Of a DNA stretch of 64,000 bases, positions 1 through 12,490 are shown one piece after another (the stretch's first letter is position 1; every line of letters starts with the position of its first letter). A program made the translations under genes and the position numbers. Source of the DNA: Camelus ferus (Eukaryota); contig NC_045696.1 in NCBI RefSeq assembly GCF_009834535.1, forward strand, positions 34,908,001 to 34,972,000. Direction: 5' to 3'. A model generated the notes under the pieces. That model worked only from the letters and a program-made list of their open reading frames with translations, was not told the origin of the DNA and did no database searches.

Positions 1-39
1 CTTCTCTGCTCAATTTCAGTAATGATGCCCCTTATGATT

Positions 40-858
40 GATTGAAAAATAGAATATGTCAGAGGGGACCTCCTTCAGCCTCATGATATGAAACTGACTT
101 ATATCTGTCCATATCCTGTGCTTCTTCCTGCAACTGACAAGGCAATGTCCTCCTTTTATCAAGGTGATGCTTCCACTGGTGCTTAGCATTTCAACTTCAT
201 TGCAGAAAATTCACACAAAAAATTATACCTTCTTTCTCCTACATACTAAATTCTCATTCTAATGATTCCTTCTCTTTGCTTTTTATTCAGGAGTCTCCTG
301 TTAAAACAAACAAGCAAACATACAAACAAGTTAACAAATGTTTTCATTGAATTTTTCACTTCTGCCCTTTCTCATTAATTTCCTAAATATTTAAACTTCT
401 AATAAGATTTGTCTCTAACTATATTTCTTCCCATCCAAACCACTCTTTGATCCATTCTAACAGCCTTACTGCTGCTCTCCTCCACTAGATTCACATGTGT
501 CTTCTTTTTCTTAACCCTAAAAGCACTTTTTAGTCTATTTAACTTTCTGATGGTTTCTCTTCATGTCTTTTCTGATCTTCGCTTCTATCCAATTTTAAAT
601 GTTAACATTTTTTGAGGTTCTTTTCTTAGGAGTTTTCTTAATTTATGCTATTCCCTGGGAATCTTATTCAAATCCATCTCTTCAATTACCACATTGTCAA
701 AGCAAGCTCACAAATGTATATTTTTAAATAGATTTTTAGACATTGATGTCTTTGAGTTTTAGAGCTTTGCCTCCAACTTTCTACCAGACAACTTCTCTTA
801 AATAATTTCAAGCAATCCAAAACTTAATATGTGTGAAACCAAACTCATGATCACCTCC
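40..858 (+). mobile_element. Degraded L2 LINE fragment
   Basis: CT-rich sequence with L2-like segments, e.g. 'caaaacttaatatgtgtgaaaccaaactcatgatc' near 820-852; ends at an MLT1 LTR. Confidence 0.6.
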
Positions 859-1210
859 TGTCTTAGTCAGCTTGGACAGCTATAACAAAATACCATAGAC
901 TGTGTGACTTAAACAATGGAAATTAATTTCTCACATTTCTGGAGGCTGTGAAGTCTAAGATCATGATGCCGGCAATGTAGGTTTTATTCTGAGGCCTTAA
1001 AAGCCTTGTAGGCAGCTACCATCTTGTTGTTTACTCACATGGCCTTTCCTCAGTGTGTGCTCATGAAAAGAGAGGAAAAGAGAGGGAGAGGGAGAGATAG
1101 AGATTCATTTCTCTTTCTCTTTTCATAATACCACCAATCCTATCAGATTAGGGCTCTACACTTATGATCTCATTTAACCCTATTTACCTCCTTATATAAG
1201 GTGTTACATT
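859..1210. mobile_element. MaLR solo LTR (MLT1A/MST-like)
   Basis: Starts 'tgtcttagtcagcttgg...ctataacaaaataccatagactg...ttaaacaa...tttctcaca...tctggaggctg', a typical MLT1A/MST end; right boundary approximate. Confidence 0.8.
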
Positions 1211-3559
1211 TCTAATATCTATGTGTATGGAGATTATTAGTTATTTTTCTAATCAAGACAGTTCTAAGAATCTTAATCTGATTGTTCCACTGAATTATAA
1301 TATAGATGCAGAATTTTACAAAATTACTTATGACTCCATTTTATTATTTTTACCACATGGACCTTATATTTTGAAATTACCTCTCTTTACATTTAAAAAA
1401 AAATTGGTGGTTAACTTTCTCCTTCTTTGTTAATTAAAACATGAAAACCAACTTTGCATAATGCTCAGAAATAGAAAGCCAGGAATTCGATGTTGGAGTT
1501 AATCTATAGAGCCATATTATTGGCTCAATTTTTTTTTTTATATGTATTTAAAAAATCTGGTAGTCTCCCATGAGTAAAGTCATGGACTTTAAAACTTGGA
1601 TCACATTTGGGGAAACTGACATTTACCATTTTGATAATGTTGTGGTTCCTTGATTCAACTGTGGCTGATTCCAACACTTGTCTCTTTACATTAATTTCAT
1701 TTAATGTACAAAAATAATGAGAAAAATAGAAACAGAATTTTTTACGTACTAAATTTATAACTCATCAGGCTTCAGAATTAAAGCATGAACACTGTCCACT
1801 CAGGCCAGAAATTTTACTTAAGTTAGACCTATACAAAGAAAATTAACAGCTCCTTTGCAAGGATGATAGTTTATTGATAAATTATTCCTTATTCTTCATT
1901 TTCTTTGACCCCCCAACTCTGAATGAGAAGCTCTTCTATCTTATGAACTTTACTTCTTCTACTGTAGCACTTATCAAATCATATTATAGTTTTAATTTTA
2001 CTTTATTATAACTTTCTTATTATATTTTAATTTCCACACAGGAACAGGTTGTATTCATCTTGCTCAATATTGTATTTGCAGCAAATGAGCACAGATTTTG
2101 GCACGCGCTAAGTTCTCATTTACACATAAATAACTGAATGAATAAAGAAATGAAAAATGAAGTGTCCTAAGAGAATAATGGAAAATGTTAAATGAAAAAT
2201 GAATATATTTTTTAGGGATTTTTTAAAAAAATTATCTTTTATAACCAAATCTTTGTTCTTATTATAAACATGAATAAATATAGAAATTAATTGGGAAACT
2301 AAGTTAGGGTGAATGCATATGACAGAAGGAAGAGTTTGCAACATAGTAATTTAAATAAAACCAGTAATAGATTTTGGCATGATTATAAACTTGAGAACAG
2401 ATGTACATACTTGAACTCTGGGTTTCTCATATTTTTCTTATTTAATTAATGTAGTTAAATTATCATGCTTGTTTTAGTGACTATTCAATTAAATACTTTA
2501 AATATTGTTGACATTTTTAAAATAAAATGGTAAAGTTGAAATTTACTTTGTTCATTACTTTGATATATCAACATTCCAAAAGCCAAAATTTTATTAAATT
2601 ATAGATATTCTAAATTTGATGTAAGTTGAACTTTAAAAGTCAAATGTAAAAAGCAATTAGGAAATTAATGACCAGGACAAAAATAGGCTATTATAATTCA
2701 AAAATTTGGGGGTTTTATTATATAATGCTTTCTGATGAAATGTTAGATACTCCTAGAATGAAAATAATAAAATTAAATAATGAATTTGACTTCAAATGTG
2801 TAGGAGGAAGGGATTTTAATTGAATTTTTGTCTTCTAAAACTCATAAGAAACAACAGAAAACAAACAAAAGTAACAGAGGGAAAAATATGGCCTTCAAGG
2901 AAACAAAGAAATATCCTTAACTGAAGATCTTTAATTATGAAGGATATGTGCCAAATACATGAAACTGGGGCCAAGGAGAAAAATCATCCAGAAAGAACAA
3001 ACTTCTCTTTGGATCTTGTCTGCATCTCTCTTTTTTTTTCTTTTGTAAGTGTGATAGTCCTGAAGGATTTCCACACACCATTTCTCCATTCTTCTCCATG
3101 AATATACCTTGAAGTGAGCCTTCAAGAAGAATTTTCTGTTGACTCAATCATACCTCCCTTCTGCCTTTCATAGTATGAGCATCTTGGTTTGATGCATGTA
3201 ATTATGATTCTAGTATTTAAATGTATTTATTTTTCATACAACATGGACTCTAAATATAAGCCAATATCTCATCTGGTACTCAAAGAAACAGAAATCTCTT
3301 CCAATGCTTGAGGAAACATTGGCTGTCTTGGATTTATTGAGAAATGTTATATTGGGCTTCAAGTGAAATATTACCAAAGGATTTTTCCAGGGTGATTTTG
3401 CTATTCCAGATTTTTAACTCATGAAATCACAAATGATGAGATTATTCTGTAGATAAACTACTTCCTAATCTAATAAAAAATGAGAGAAAGCCAAAATATA
3501 CCTTAGAATGGGTAAATTTATCAAGATAGGAATTTAAATAATTTTGCTTAGTGTAATAA

Positions 3560-4277
3560 ACACATTTTATAAACTTTTAAATATTTATATATTTTTTAAA
3601 GCTGAGCAAATCAATCCAGTACAAATTTTTGAAAAATTAATAGAGAAATAATTATGAAATTAAAACAAGAAATACTTCGAACAGTTAAATATGTCAAAAA
3701 TACTAGGCAGGCCCAGATGGGTTCACAGATGATCTCTTTCACAATTCCAAGGAATGATCAGAATATAATTTAAATTTTTTTCAGATCAGAGGGGAAAAAA
3801 GGAACTCATCCAAAATACTTTACACAAAGCTAGAATAACAGTGCTACCAAAACTTGAGAAAGAGCACACACATTCACCACACAGCTAAAGTGACCTTGTG
3901 TTTAATTACTGATGCAGAAATCTTAAATGAACAATTAAAAAGTCCATAATACACCGAAAATTTTATTCATTGATCATAAGAGCTTTACTCCAGAAATGCA
4001 AGGATGGTTCAGTAAAAGAGAATCTATTTATAGATTTACCATATTAATATATCAAAGGAGAATGCATACAATCTTAATAGAAACTGAAGGTCTTTTGAAT
4101 AATATGATATTCTTTTCTAATAACTCTTAATATGATGAGAATAATTAGAATTTTCTGTAACATGATTAAAAGAAAAAAAATCTCTTTAACCTAAACAAAC
4201 AAAAAAAACCCAACCTGCTTAATGTTGAAGTACACAAATTTGTACTGAAGTGAGAAATAAAGCAAGTGTATGCTCTT
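3560..4277 (+). mobile_element. Old L1 ORF2 remnant (RT domain, 5' part)
   Basis: 'ggcccagatgggttcaca' (GPDGFT) near 3710 and 'ccagaaatgcaaggatggttc' (PEMQGWF, cf. L1 PGMQGWF) near 3990; many stops. Confidence 0.85.
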
Positions 4278-5032
4278 TGTTGGATTTAAAATGGCCACAA
4301 ATCATTTCACTCCACCATGAAGAGGTAAAGCTTATTTCTTTTTTCCTGGGGTGTACTGTGCCTGTTTAGTCAATAGAAGATAGTAGAGTAGTACTGTGTT
4401 AGTTGCAATATAAGCCTTAAAAAAGACCTGGCAGCTTCTGCTTTGCACTTTGTGGGTTGCAGAGTGCAGTCATGTGAGAAATATGACTACGCTGCTGGAG
4501 AAACCACAGAAAGAAATTGAAGGGAGAAATTTGGAGGAGAGACTTTTGACCACTATGTGGAGCAACCATCCCAGAATCCCAGTTCAGCCTCCAAATGACT
4601 CCAGGCCCACTGTTGCCATCATACTGCCTTTGCAGGAGAGACCTTAAGCCAGACCAGCAGATGAACTGCCCTGTTTAATCCAAGGCAAATCAACAGATCT
4701 GTAAGATACAGAAAATGATCCTTGTTTTAAGTGTCTATGATCTGAAATAGATTGTTAAAATCTACTTCTACTATTTTTAGTGAAAAATGACTGAAAAGAA
4801 TTGGTACTTAGAAGTTGCTCCTGTAACAAAAACTAATACATGTTATATTGGTTTGGGGAATTGGTTATGATCAGAAGTCAGTGGAGTCTTGGGGAGTCTG
4901 TTAGTAAAGGCTGGAAGGACGGAGAAACAGTTGTCATTGGAGGCTGGAAAAAGGCAATCTGTGCTGAGTGTTGAAAAGTTTGGCATTGTAATCACCCAAG
5001 GTAATGTGAAAAAGTTGACATATTTTTATATA

Positions 5033-5578
5033 CAACAATAGTACACTTTTGTAATCATGTAAAGCTTCCCAAAGCAGTGAAAAATTTCAGTTACCTCACA
5101 AGCATGGTCCCAGTTGAGATTAAACAAAGCAGTGTTTTGCTTTTTTGTTTCAGCTCTCCTACCGTAAATGTGTGTTTTTTGTGGTCTATTTAGTACCAAA
5201 ATGATGGTGACTTCACTGTTTAAAAATGGTTCCAAGTGTAGTACTGACATGCTATCTAGTGTTCCTAGATGCAAGAAGTCTGCAGAATGCCTTATGGAAA
5301 AAATGCATATTGGAGAAGCTTAGTTCAGGCATAAGTTATAGGACTATTGGCTGTGAGTTTAATGTTAGTACATCAACAATATATATTAAAGTGTTCTTAA
5401 ACAGAAACATACATCAAACAAAGTTATGTACTGAGCAGCTAATGAAAATATTGTGACCAGAGGCTCACAGGAACCTGACTCTGTATTTCCTCTCTGGGCA
5501 ATAATTCAGTATTCGCTAATTTAGTGTTTATGGAGACTTTATTGACAATAACTACCACAAACAATGAGAAATGAGTTA
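5033..5578. mobile_element. Tigger4/Zombi (MER46-type) non-autonomous DNA transposon inside the MaLR internal region
   Basis: 'ttgtgaccagaggctcacaggaacctgactctgtatttcc...ttcagtattcgctaatt...aataactaccacaaacaatgagaa' matches the recalled Tigger4 end. Confidence 0.8.
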
Positions 5579-6229
5579 TATACACATACATATCTGTGAA
5601 GGATATAGTTAAGGAAATTTCCATATATAATGCCAGTAGTGATGACTTATTTTGTATATCTGGGTATGATAAAGTAAATAAAAACAGTTTTCAAGCAGAT
5701 CTAGAGGAAATACTTTGAATTTAGGATTTTCTCTTTGGAAAATAAAGCTGTTTCTTATTCCAAGAGTCTCTAACTCCCTAGGCACCAAAAGGCTCTCGAT
5801 GTAAGAAATAGTCTCAGGATATAGATCAAACCCATGGCACTGAAAATAAATCTCTCTCTCTTCAGGATCAAGATGTGGAGCTTGCAACTGCAAGACTTCT
5901 TAAAATTATCAGAATGATATAAGATGTCACCTCCTAGACTCTTTCTGCTAAATTGGAGGGTTCTAAGATTCTTAAGGGTGTGGTTCCATAGTACTTTGAG
6001 TCTCAGTCTAAGAGAGAGAAGAGCCTGTCTTTTAAGATACGATGTGGGTGTGACTTTGGCCTATTAAAGGAATTAGAATAACATGCTCTGAAATGACAGA
6101 AACAAAGAGGTCCTTGGACTTCAAATTTCCTATGGAAGCAGGCTAGCTTACATTAGCCATTTATTGTAGAAAAGACTGGATAACTCACAGCATAAAGCCA
6201 AGAGCCCAGAGAGTGGAACTATGAGTGAC

Positions 6230-6272
6230 AAAAAAAAAAAAAAACAAAAAAACAAAAACCAAAAAAAAAAAA
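6230..6272. repeat. A-rich (AnC) low-complexity run
   Basis: 'aaaaaaaaaaaaaaacaaaaaaacaaaaaccaaaaaaaaaaaa' read directly. Confidence 0.9.
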
Positions 6273-7136
6273 CCACTTTTGGGAGTAAGATTAGGCTCTA
6301 ATCAAGGGACTGGTTTCAGGTACTTATTTAAGTTTCAGAATTATGGACCAGTGACTTCTGTGTGCCTTTTGTTTTGCCATGCCTTTTGATGGAAGTATAT
6401 GTTTAGGTTCTCTTGTTTTATCATTGTATGCTGGGTATGTGGGATATGTCGGGGTAAAAACTTGTCCCTTAATTCTAATATTTTTAGTTTAAGAGTAATT
6501 ACTTCAAAGAAGGCTGAACCACATTTGAACCTGATTTAGATGATGATTTCTTGAACTTAGAACTTGGGATGAAAGCTTTTTGAGTCCTGAAAGGGAATAG
6601 GTGTACTTTAGATGGGAGAAGAGTATAAATAACTTGTGGGCCAAAGGCAGACTGTGAGAAAATAAGAGGACTGTATATTCTCTATTTAGAGGTAAAATTT
6701 CTTTCCCTGTTTCTTGAATCTGAGCTGGCCCTGTGATTGCTTAAGCAATAGAAGGTGGCAGAAGTAATTCTGAGCTAGTTCCAGGTTTAAAACTTAAAAA
6801 GATCTTGGTTTATTCTAGTCTTGTTCTTTTGGAAGAGCTCTGATCTTCCACGTAAGGAGTGTAATTACACTGCAGGAGAGAATACGCTGAGAATCCTCAA
6901 GCAGTAGAAAAGCCCTGAGAACACTTTATGAGAAGCCCAGCTGTTACATTGCTCCAGTTCTCCAGATGTTCTAGCTCCTGCGTGAGCAACTGCATGAGCA
7001 ACTTCAAGTAAGACCAGTGGAAGAACTTTCCAGTTAAGCCAAGTAAACCCACAGAACTGTGAGAGAAAAAACTGGTGATTGTTTTAAACCACTAAGGTTT
7101 GGGTGGTTTATTATATGGCAATAAGTAACTGGAACT

Positions 7137-8350
7137 ATAACCACTATTATTTAATATTATTTTAAAAATTCTTGCCAGTGCAAACTGTCAAGAGAAAAAT
7201 AAAAATATCAAAATGGGGAGGAAAATGCAAAATTATTATTTTTATTGCATATGATACAATTGTATGATTGGAAAATTCAACAGAAGTATGATAAGTATTT
7301 GGTAAGTTAGTTGTTCTCAAAATTAATAAAAATTATTAGCTTTTTTATTTTGAAACAACCATTTAGAAATACAACAGAAGAACAATACCATTTACTGAAG
7401 TAGTTTAAAATATAAAATATCTAGAAATCAGCTTAATGAGAAATTCAAAATTTTTATATGAAGAAAATTTAGAACTGATTCAGAATATAAAAGAAGACAA
7501 TATATTTAATGCATGTCTTGTTCTTGTATAAAATACTCAATATTTTTAGAGTTTCAATTGTTCATACAGTGATCAATAAGTGGAATGTGGTCCACATAAA
7601 AATACAAACACAATTTTTCTCAAGTGTGATAAAATTACATTGTATTCATCTGAAAAAATAGCCATAAGAAAAATACTAAAGGAATCTACTCAAAGTAATA
7701 TTTATGAGGGGAACAAGGTCTATCACTTCCAAAAGCACAACATTCATCTATAATATTAAATTTTATGTTGTCAAGGGAAAGGGTAATAAATGAAAGACTT
7801 AAATTTATAGAAAGATATGGCTTATAGTAAATGTGGGAAATGCTGATTTTTCAGGATCTTGCATTGAGGCAACTGGTGAACCCAGAAAAGGTATATCCCC
7901 TTCATTGCTTGTTATGCCAAAATAAATTCCAGGTCGTTCAGATTAAAATATAAATTAAAAACTATAAATGTGTTAAAGAAATTGAAGTTTTGTTCAAAAA
8001 TTTCAAATAAAAAGTCTTTCTGTGTTTAATAGACAACCCCAGGAAGAGTTTGGTAAAATCTTCCAAAATTAAAATTTACATAATCTTCAACTCAGCAATT
8101 CAATGTTTAGGCATTTATTCTACAGTAATAGTCATATAAGTAGGCAAAGAATGGTTATGTTTTATATATTGCAAAAATATGAAATATTCATTATATGACT
8201 CTTTTGAATAGGAAAAAATTCAATATAATTTAAATATCCATCATTAGGAGATTTATTAAATACATTGTTATTCATCTATAAAGTGGAATACAACACAGCT
8301 CCTTAAAAATGGTATAATATTCTATATTCAGATATGTTAAAAAAGGCGCA
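7137..8350 (+). mobile_element. Continuation of the old L1 (ORF2 3' part into 3' UTR)
   Basis: 'ccactattatttaatattatt' (PLLFNI), degenerate FADD region near 7245, 'caactcagcaattcaatgtttaggcatttattc' near 8090. Confidence 0.8.
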
Positions 8351-8959
8351 GAAATTTATAAAAAAGCACGTATTATGTACTAGGATATGAGTAATATATT
8401 TCAGTAAAGATTAACGAGAGGCAGTTTAGCTTGTGGCACACTATTACTCCACGCATTACCCCTTTTGTGTTTTTATTCTGTTTTATTATTAATATCATTT
8501 TATTATTTATTATCATTACCCTCCCATACATTTACAACTCTTGAGTAACTAATATAAGAACTAAATATTCTCTGGTTTCTTCCTTTATTATTAGTTTTTT
8601 CAAATTCCTACAGATTGACAAATAGATACAGTTGATCTTTTTAAATTGTCTTAAATATTTTTATCACTTGAAATTTCTTTATTTATATAACTACTTCTCT
8701 ACGATATTTCCAAATTTCACTACTAAAATGATGTTGCAAATAACATCTTCCCTATGTCTATGTTTTCAATGTAAAGAAAAATCTTTGAAAGTATCATGTG
8801 GACATAGAATTGTTGGGCTGTAGTGTTTATTCATATCCAGCTCATGCTTTCAACCTGCTCCAGAATGCCCAACAGTTTCCATTGTCATAGCAGTGCTTGG
8901 GGGGGTAGTCTTGTCATTATATCCTCGACAGCTCCTGGTAATAATTCATTTTGAAACCA

Positions 8960-10785
8960 AAGTCAAGAAACTTCTTCCCAGTGGTTTCTTCTAGGAATTT
9001 GATGGTTTTAGGTGTTACACTCAAGTCTTAAATTCATTTGGGTCAATTTTTGTGAATGGTGTAAGATAGGAATCCACTTTCATTCTTTGGCATGGAGAGA
9101 TCCAGTTTTTCCAATACTATTTATTGGAGAGACTATCTTTTCTCCATTGTGAGTTCCTGGTGCTTTGTTAAAGATTAGTTGATTGTATATTTATGGGTTT
9201 ATTTCTGGGCTCTCTATTCTGTTCCATTGGTTTATTTCTGTTTTTATGCCAGAATCACACTGTTTTGATCATCACGGCTTTGGAATACAGCATAAAATCA
9301 GAACATGTGATACCTCCAGTTTTGTTCTTTCTCAAAATTCTTTTGGTTATTCAGAATCTTTTTTGGATCTACAGGAATTTTAGAATTGTTTTTTTCTAGT
9401 TCTATGAAAAATGCCATTGGAATTTCAATAGAGATTTTGTTGAATCTGTAAATCACTTTGGATATTATAGACATTTAAACAATATTCTTTCATGCCAGGA
9501 ACACAGGATATCTTTCCATTTATTTGTGTTGTCTTCAGTTTATCAAGGTTTTATAGTTTTCAGTATAAAGATACTTACCCTCCCTGGTTAAATTTATTCC
9601 TAAGTATTTTATTCTTTGTGATGCTGTTGAAAAAGGGATTGTTTCTTAATTTGCCTCTCTGATAGTTCATTGTTAGTGTATAGAAATGCAACTGATTTTT
9701 GTATGTTGATTTAGTATCCTGGATCTTTACTTAATTTATTAGGTCTAACAATTTTTTGGTGGAGTCTTTAAATTTTTATATATACAAGATAATGTCATCA
9801 GCAGAGAAAATTTTACTTCTTCCTTTCCAATTTTTTAATTTTTTTCTTGCCTAATTGCTCTGACTAGGACTTCCAGGACTGAATAAAAGTGGTGAGACCA
9901 AGTATTCTAATCTTATTCCTATGTTAGCTCTTGGACTGGTCATCTGTACTATTTATTAAGTCGAGGTGTGTTCCCTCTATACTCATTTGAGAGTTTTATC
10001 ATGAAAGAATGTTGAATTTTGTCAAATCCTTTTTTGTGTGTCTATTGAGATGATCATGATTTCTTTCCTTTATTTTGCTAATATTGTGTATCACATGAAT
10101 TGATGTTCATATTTTGAACCATTCTTACATTCCAGGGATTAATCATGGTATTTGATTCTTTTAATGTGCTGTTGAATTTGATTTGCTAGTCTTTTGTTGA
10201 GCATTTTTTCATCTCTGTTTATTAGGGATATAGGCCTGTAATTTTATTTTCTTGTAGTTTGCTTGTTTGGCTTTGGTATTAGAGTAATACTAGCCTCATA
10301 AAATGAGTATAGAAGTCTTCCCTCCTCTTCAATTTTTTGGAATTTTTTGTTGAATTCACCAGTTAAGCCACCTGGTCCTGGATTTTTTCAATTGGGAGAT
10401 GTTTCATTATGATTCAATTTCCTTACTAGTTATTTGTCTGTTCCCATTTTCTATTGCTTCATGATTCACTCTTGGTTGGTTGTATATTTCTAGGAATTTA
10501 ACCATTTCTTCCAGGTTGTCCACATTTTTTGACATAGTCGTTCTTACAATTTTTTTTTTGTATTTCTGTGGTATCAGTTGTAATATCTCTTTGTTCATGT
10601 CTGATTTTACTTATTTGAGTCTTCTTATTTTCATAGGTAGTCTAGTTTTTTCCATTTTGTCTTTTCTAAAAAAACAGCTTTTAGTTTGGTTGATCTTTTC
10701 TATTGCTTTTCTAGTCTTTGTTTCATTTATTTCTGCTCTTATTCTTCTTATTCCCCTCCTTCTGCTAACTTTCGGCTTAGCCTTT
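8960..10785 (-). mobile_element. L1 ORF2 fragment, antisense, moderately diverged
   Basis: Canonical antisense L1 motifs: 'tagaaatgcaactgatttttgtatgttgattt', 'ggagtcttta', 'cctggtcctggattttt', 'tttctaggaatttaaccatttcttccaggttgtcc'. Confidence 0.92.
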
Positions 10786-10890
10786 TTTTCTTTCTTTCTC
10801 TCTCTCTCTTTCTTTCTTCCTCCCTTCCTTCATCCCTTCCTTCTTTCCCTTCTTTCTTCTTTCCTCCTTTCTTTCTCTGTCTCTTTCAAC
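10786..10890. repeat. (TTTC/CCTT)n polypyrimidine microsatellite
   Basis: About 100 nt nearly all C/T. Confidence 0.9.
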
Positions 10891-10899
10891 CATTCAGTT

Positions 10900-12195
10900 C
10901 CTTTCTTTAAGAACTATGTTCCTATCCAATTTCATAGATATTTTTCCCATATTTTTTCAAATAGTTTCATAAATAGACAAATAGTTTTGTCTTTTATCAG
11001 ATCTTTAACCCATCTACAGTTTATTTTTATATAAGGGATGTAATTTTTCCTCATGAAAAAAGCCAATTGCCCGTGACTTTTTATTAGATGGTTCATGTTT
11101 TCCATTCTGTTTTTGATCCTATTTATAGCTGACATATACCATCCTCCCAAGTTTCCATTTATCTCCAGTACTATTGTCTATTCCATGAGTTTATCTGTTC
11201 TTCTGTCTATGTCTACTTTTCTAATAAGTTTGATTTTTTATATTGATAAGATGGCACACTGATAAGCTTTCTTAATATTCTAAAATTATCTTAGCTATCA
11301 AAGGGTTTTCATAATATTTTATATTTATGTTATCCAAATTTCTAAAATTAGTGCTAGAATTTTTATCAGAATAAAATTTATAAATGAGTCCCCAAATTAT
11401 ATTTTTAATCCTCAAATTTTGACTCAATTGATAGTGTATTTATGCCATTTATACACATCATTTTTGTGCCCTATAAAAACATTTTGAAATTTTCTACATG
11501 AGTTTTATGTTTATGTGGCCATGTTAATCCTATATACACTTTAATTTTTGTGGTAATTATAAATTGTACCTAATGATATCTTCTTACCTATTATATTTTC
11601 TACTTGACTGTTCTTATTGTAGAGGAAAATTATTGCTTGTTTTGTTGATCTTATATCTGGCTAGCTTGCTGAACTTCATATTGACTTAAATATTATTTTT
11701 TCTATTTTTTCTATGTAAAAGATTGTATTATCAGATGATAATGAAGGTTTTGTTTCTCTCTTCCAGTATTTTTGTTACTTATTTCTTTCTGTGTTATTGC
11801 CTTGGCCAGACTTTTAGTTCAAAGTTGAATAGTAGCATATATGGTAGATATCTTTGTTTTAGTGCCAATCTTGAAGAAATGCTTCTAAAGTTTAGAATTA
11901 TAATAAGTGCACATTTGCTGCATGTTTTTGTGAAATAGTCTTTACAGGCTAAAGATTATTTGCATTATTTTTATATTCTAAGAAATGTTATCACATGTTA
12001 AGTGTAGATAGTCTATAAATTTTCTGCTTTCTTTATATGTAGTATCTATATAGAAATTTTCTTTTTTTTCAAAATAGGATAAAATAATTAATTTTTATAA
12101 TGTTAAATTATCCTTGCATGTATTAAATAAACTCTATTTGACATATTTTTTAACACATTGAAAGATCTGATTTGCTAATTATATTCAGAATTTTT
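10900..12195 (-). mobile_element. Highly degraded antisense L1 ORF2 remnant
   Basis: 'ttgatcttatatctggctagcttgctgaact', 'aagttgaatagtagc', 'ccttgcatg', 'tttgctaattat' are decayed L1 motifs. Confidence 0.7.
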
Positions 12196-12490
12196 TCTTT
12201 TTTAACTTTTTAAAATTAAGGTATAGTTGATTTACAATATTGTACCAGTTTCAGGTGTACAACAGAGATTCACAGTTTTTACCAGTTGTACTCCATTTAT
12301 ACTTAATCTAAGATATTGATTATATTCCCTGTGCTGTACAATATATCACTGTAAAACTTACGAATATCATACATGGTGGTTTGTACCTCTTATTCCTCTA
12401 CCCTTCTACCTTGCCCCTCCTCCTTTCTCTCTCCCTACTGGTTTAATTATAAACCACTAGTTTAATCTCCATATTTTTGAGTCTGTTTCA
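12196..12490 (-). mobile_element. Short L1 3' end (cetartiodactyl type)
   Basis: 'aggtatagttgatttacaatattgtaccagtttcaggtgtacaac...tatattccctgtgctgtacaatata'. Confidence 0.85.

Larger units (their letters stand above)
4278..7136 (+). mobile_element. Full-length MaLR (MLT1F/G/H-type) element: LTR (~4278-4760), internal region, LTR (~6652-7136)
   Basis: Two similar MLT1-type LTRs ('...caatagaag...cagaag...ttgttttaa..c'), internal region starting 'ttggtacttagaagt', purine-rich 'gggccaaaggcagac' just before the second LTR 'tgtg'. Confidence 0.75.

Noticed and set aside
10407..10598. 63-aa minus-strand ORF (…DNLEEMVKFLEIYN…)
   Set aside because: L1 ORF2 linker fragment, not a host gene
10480..11034. 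Longest ORF (184 aa, hydrophobic) resembling a membrane protein
   Set aside because: It is the antisense of L1 ORF2 running into a TTTC microsatellite; F/L/S richness comes from base composition
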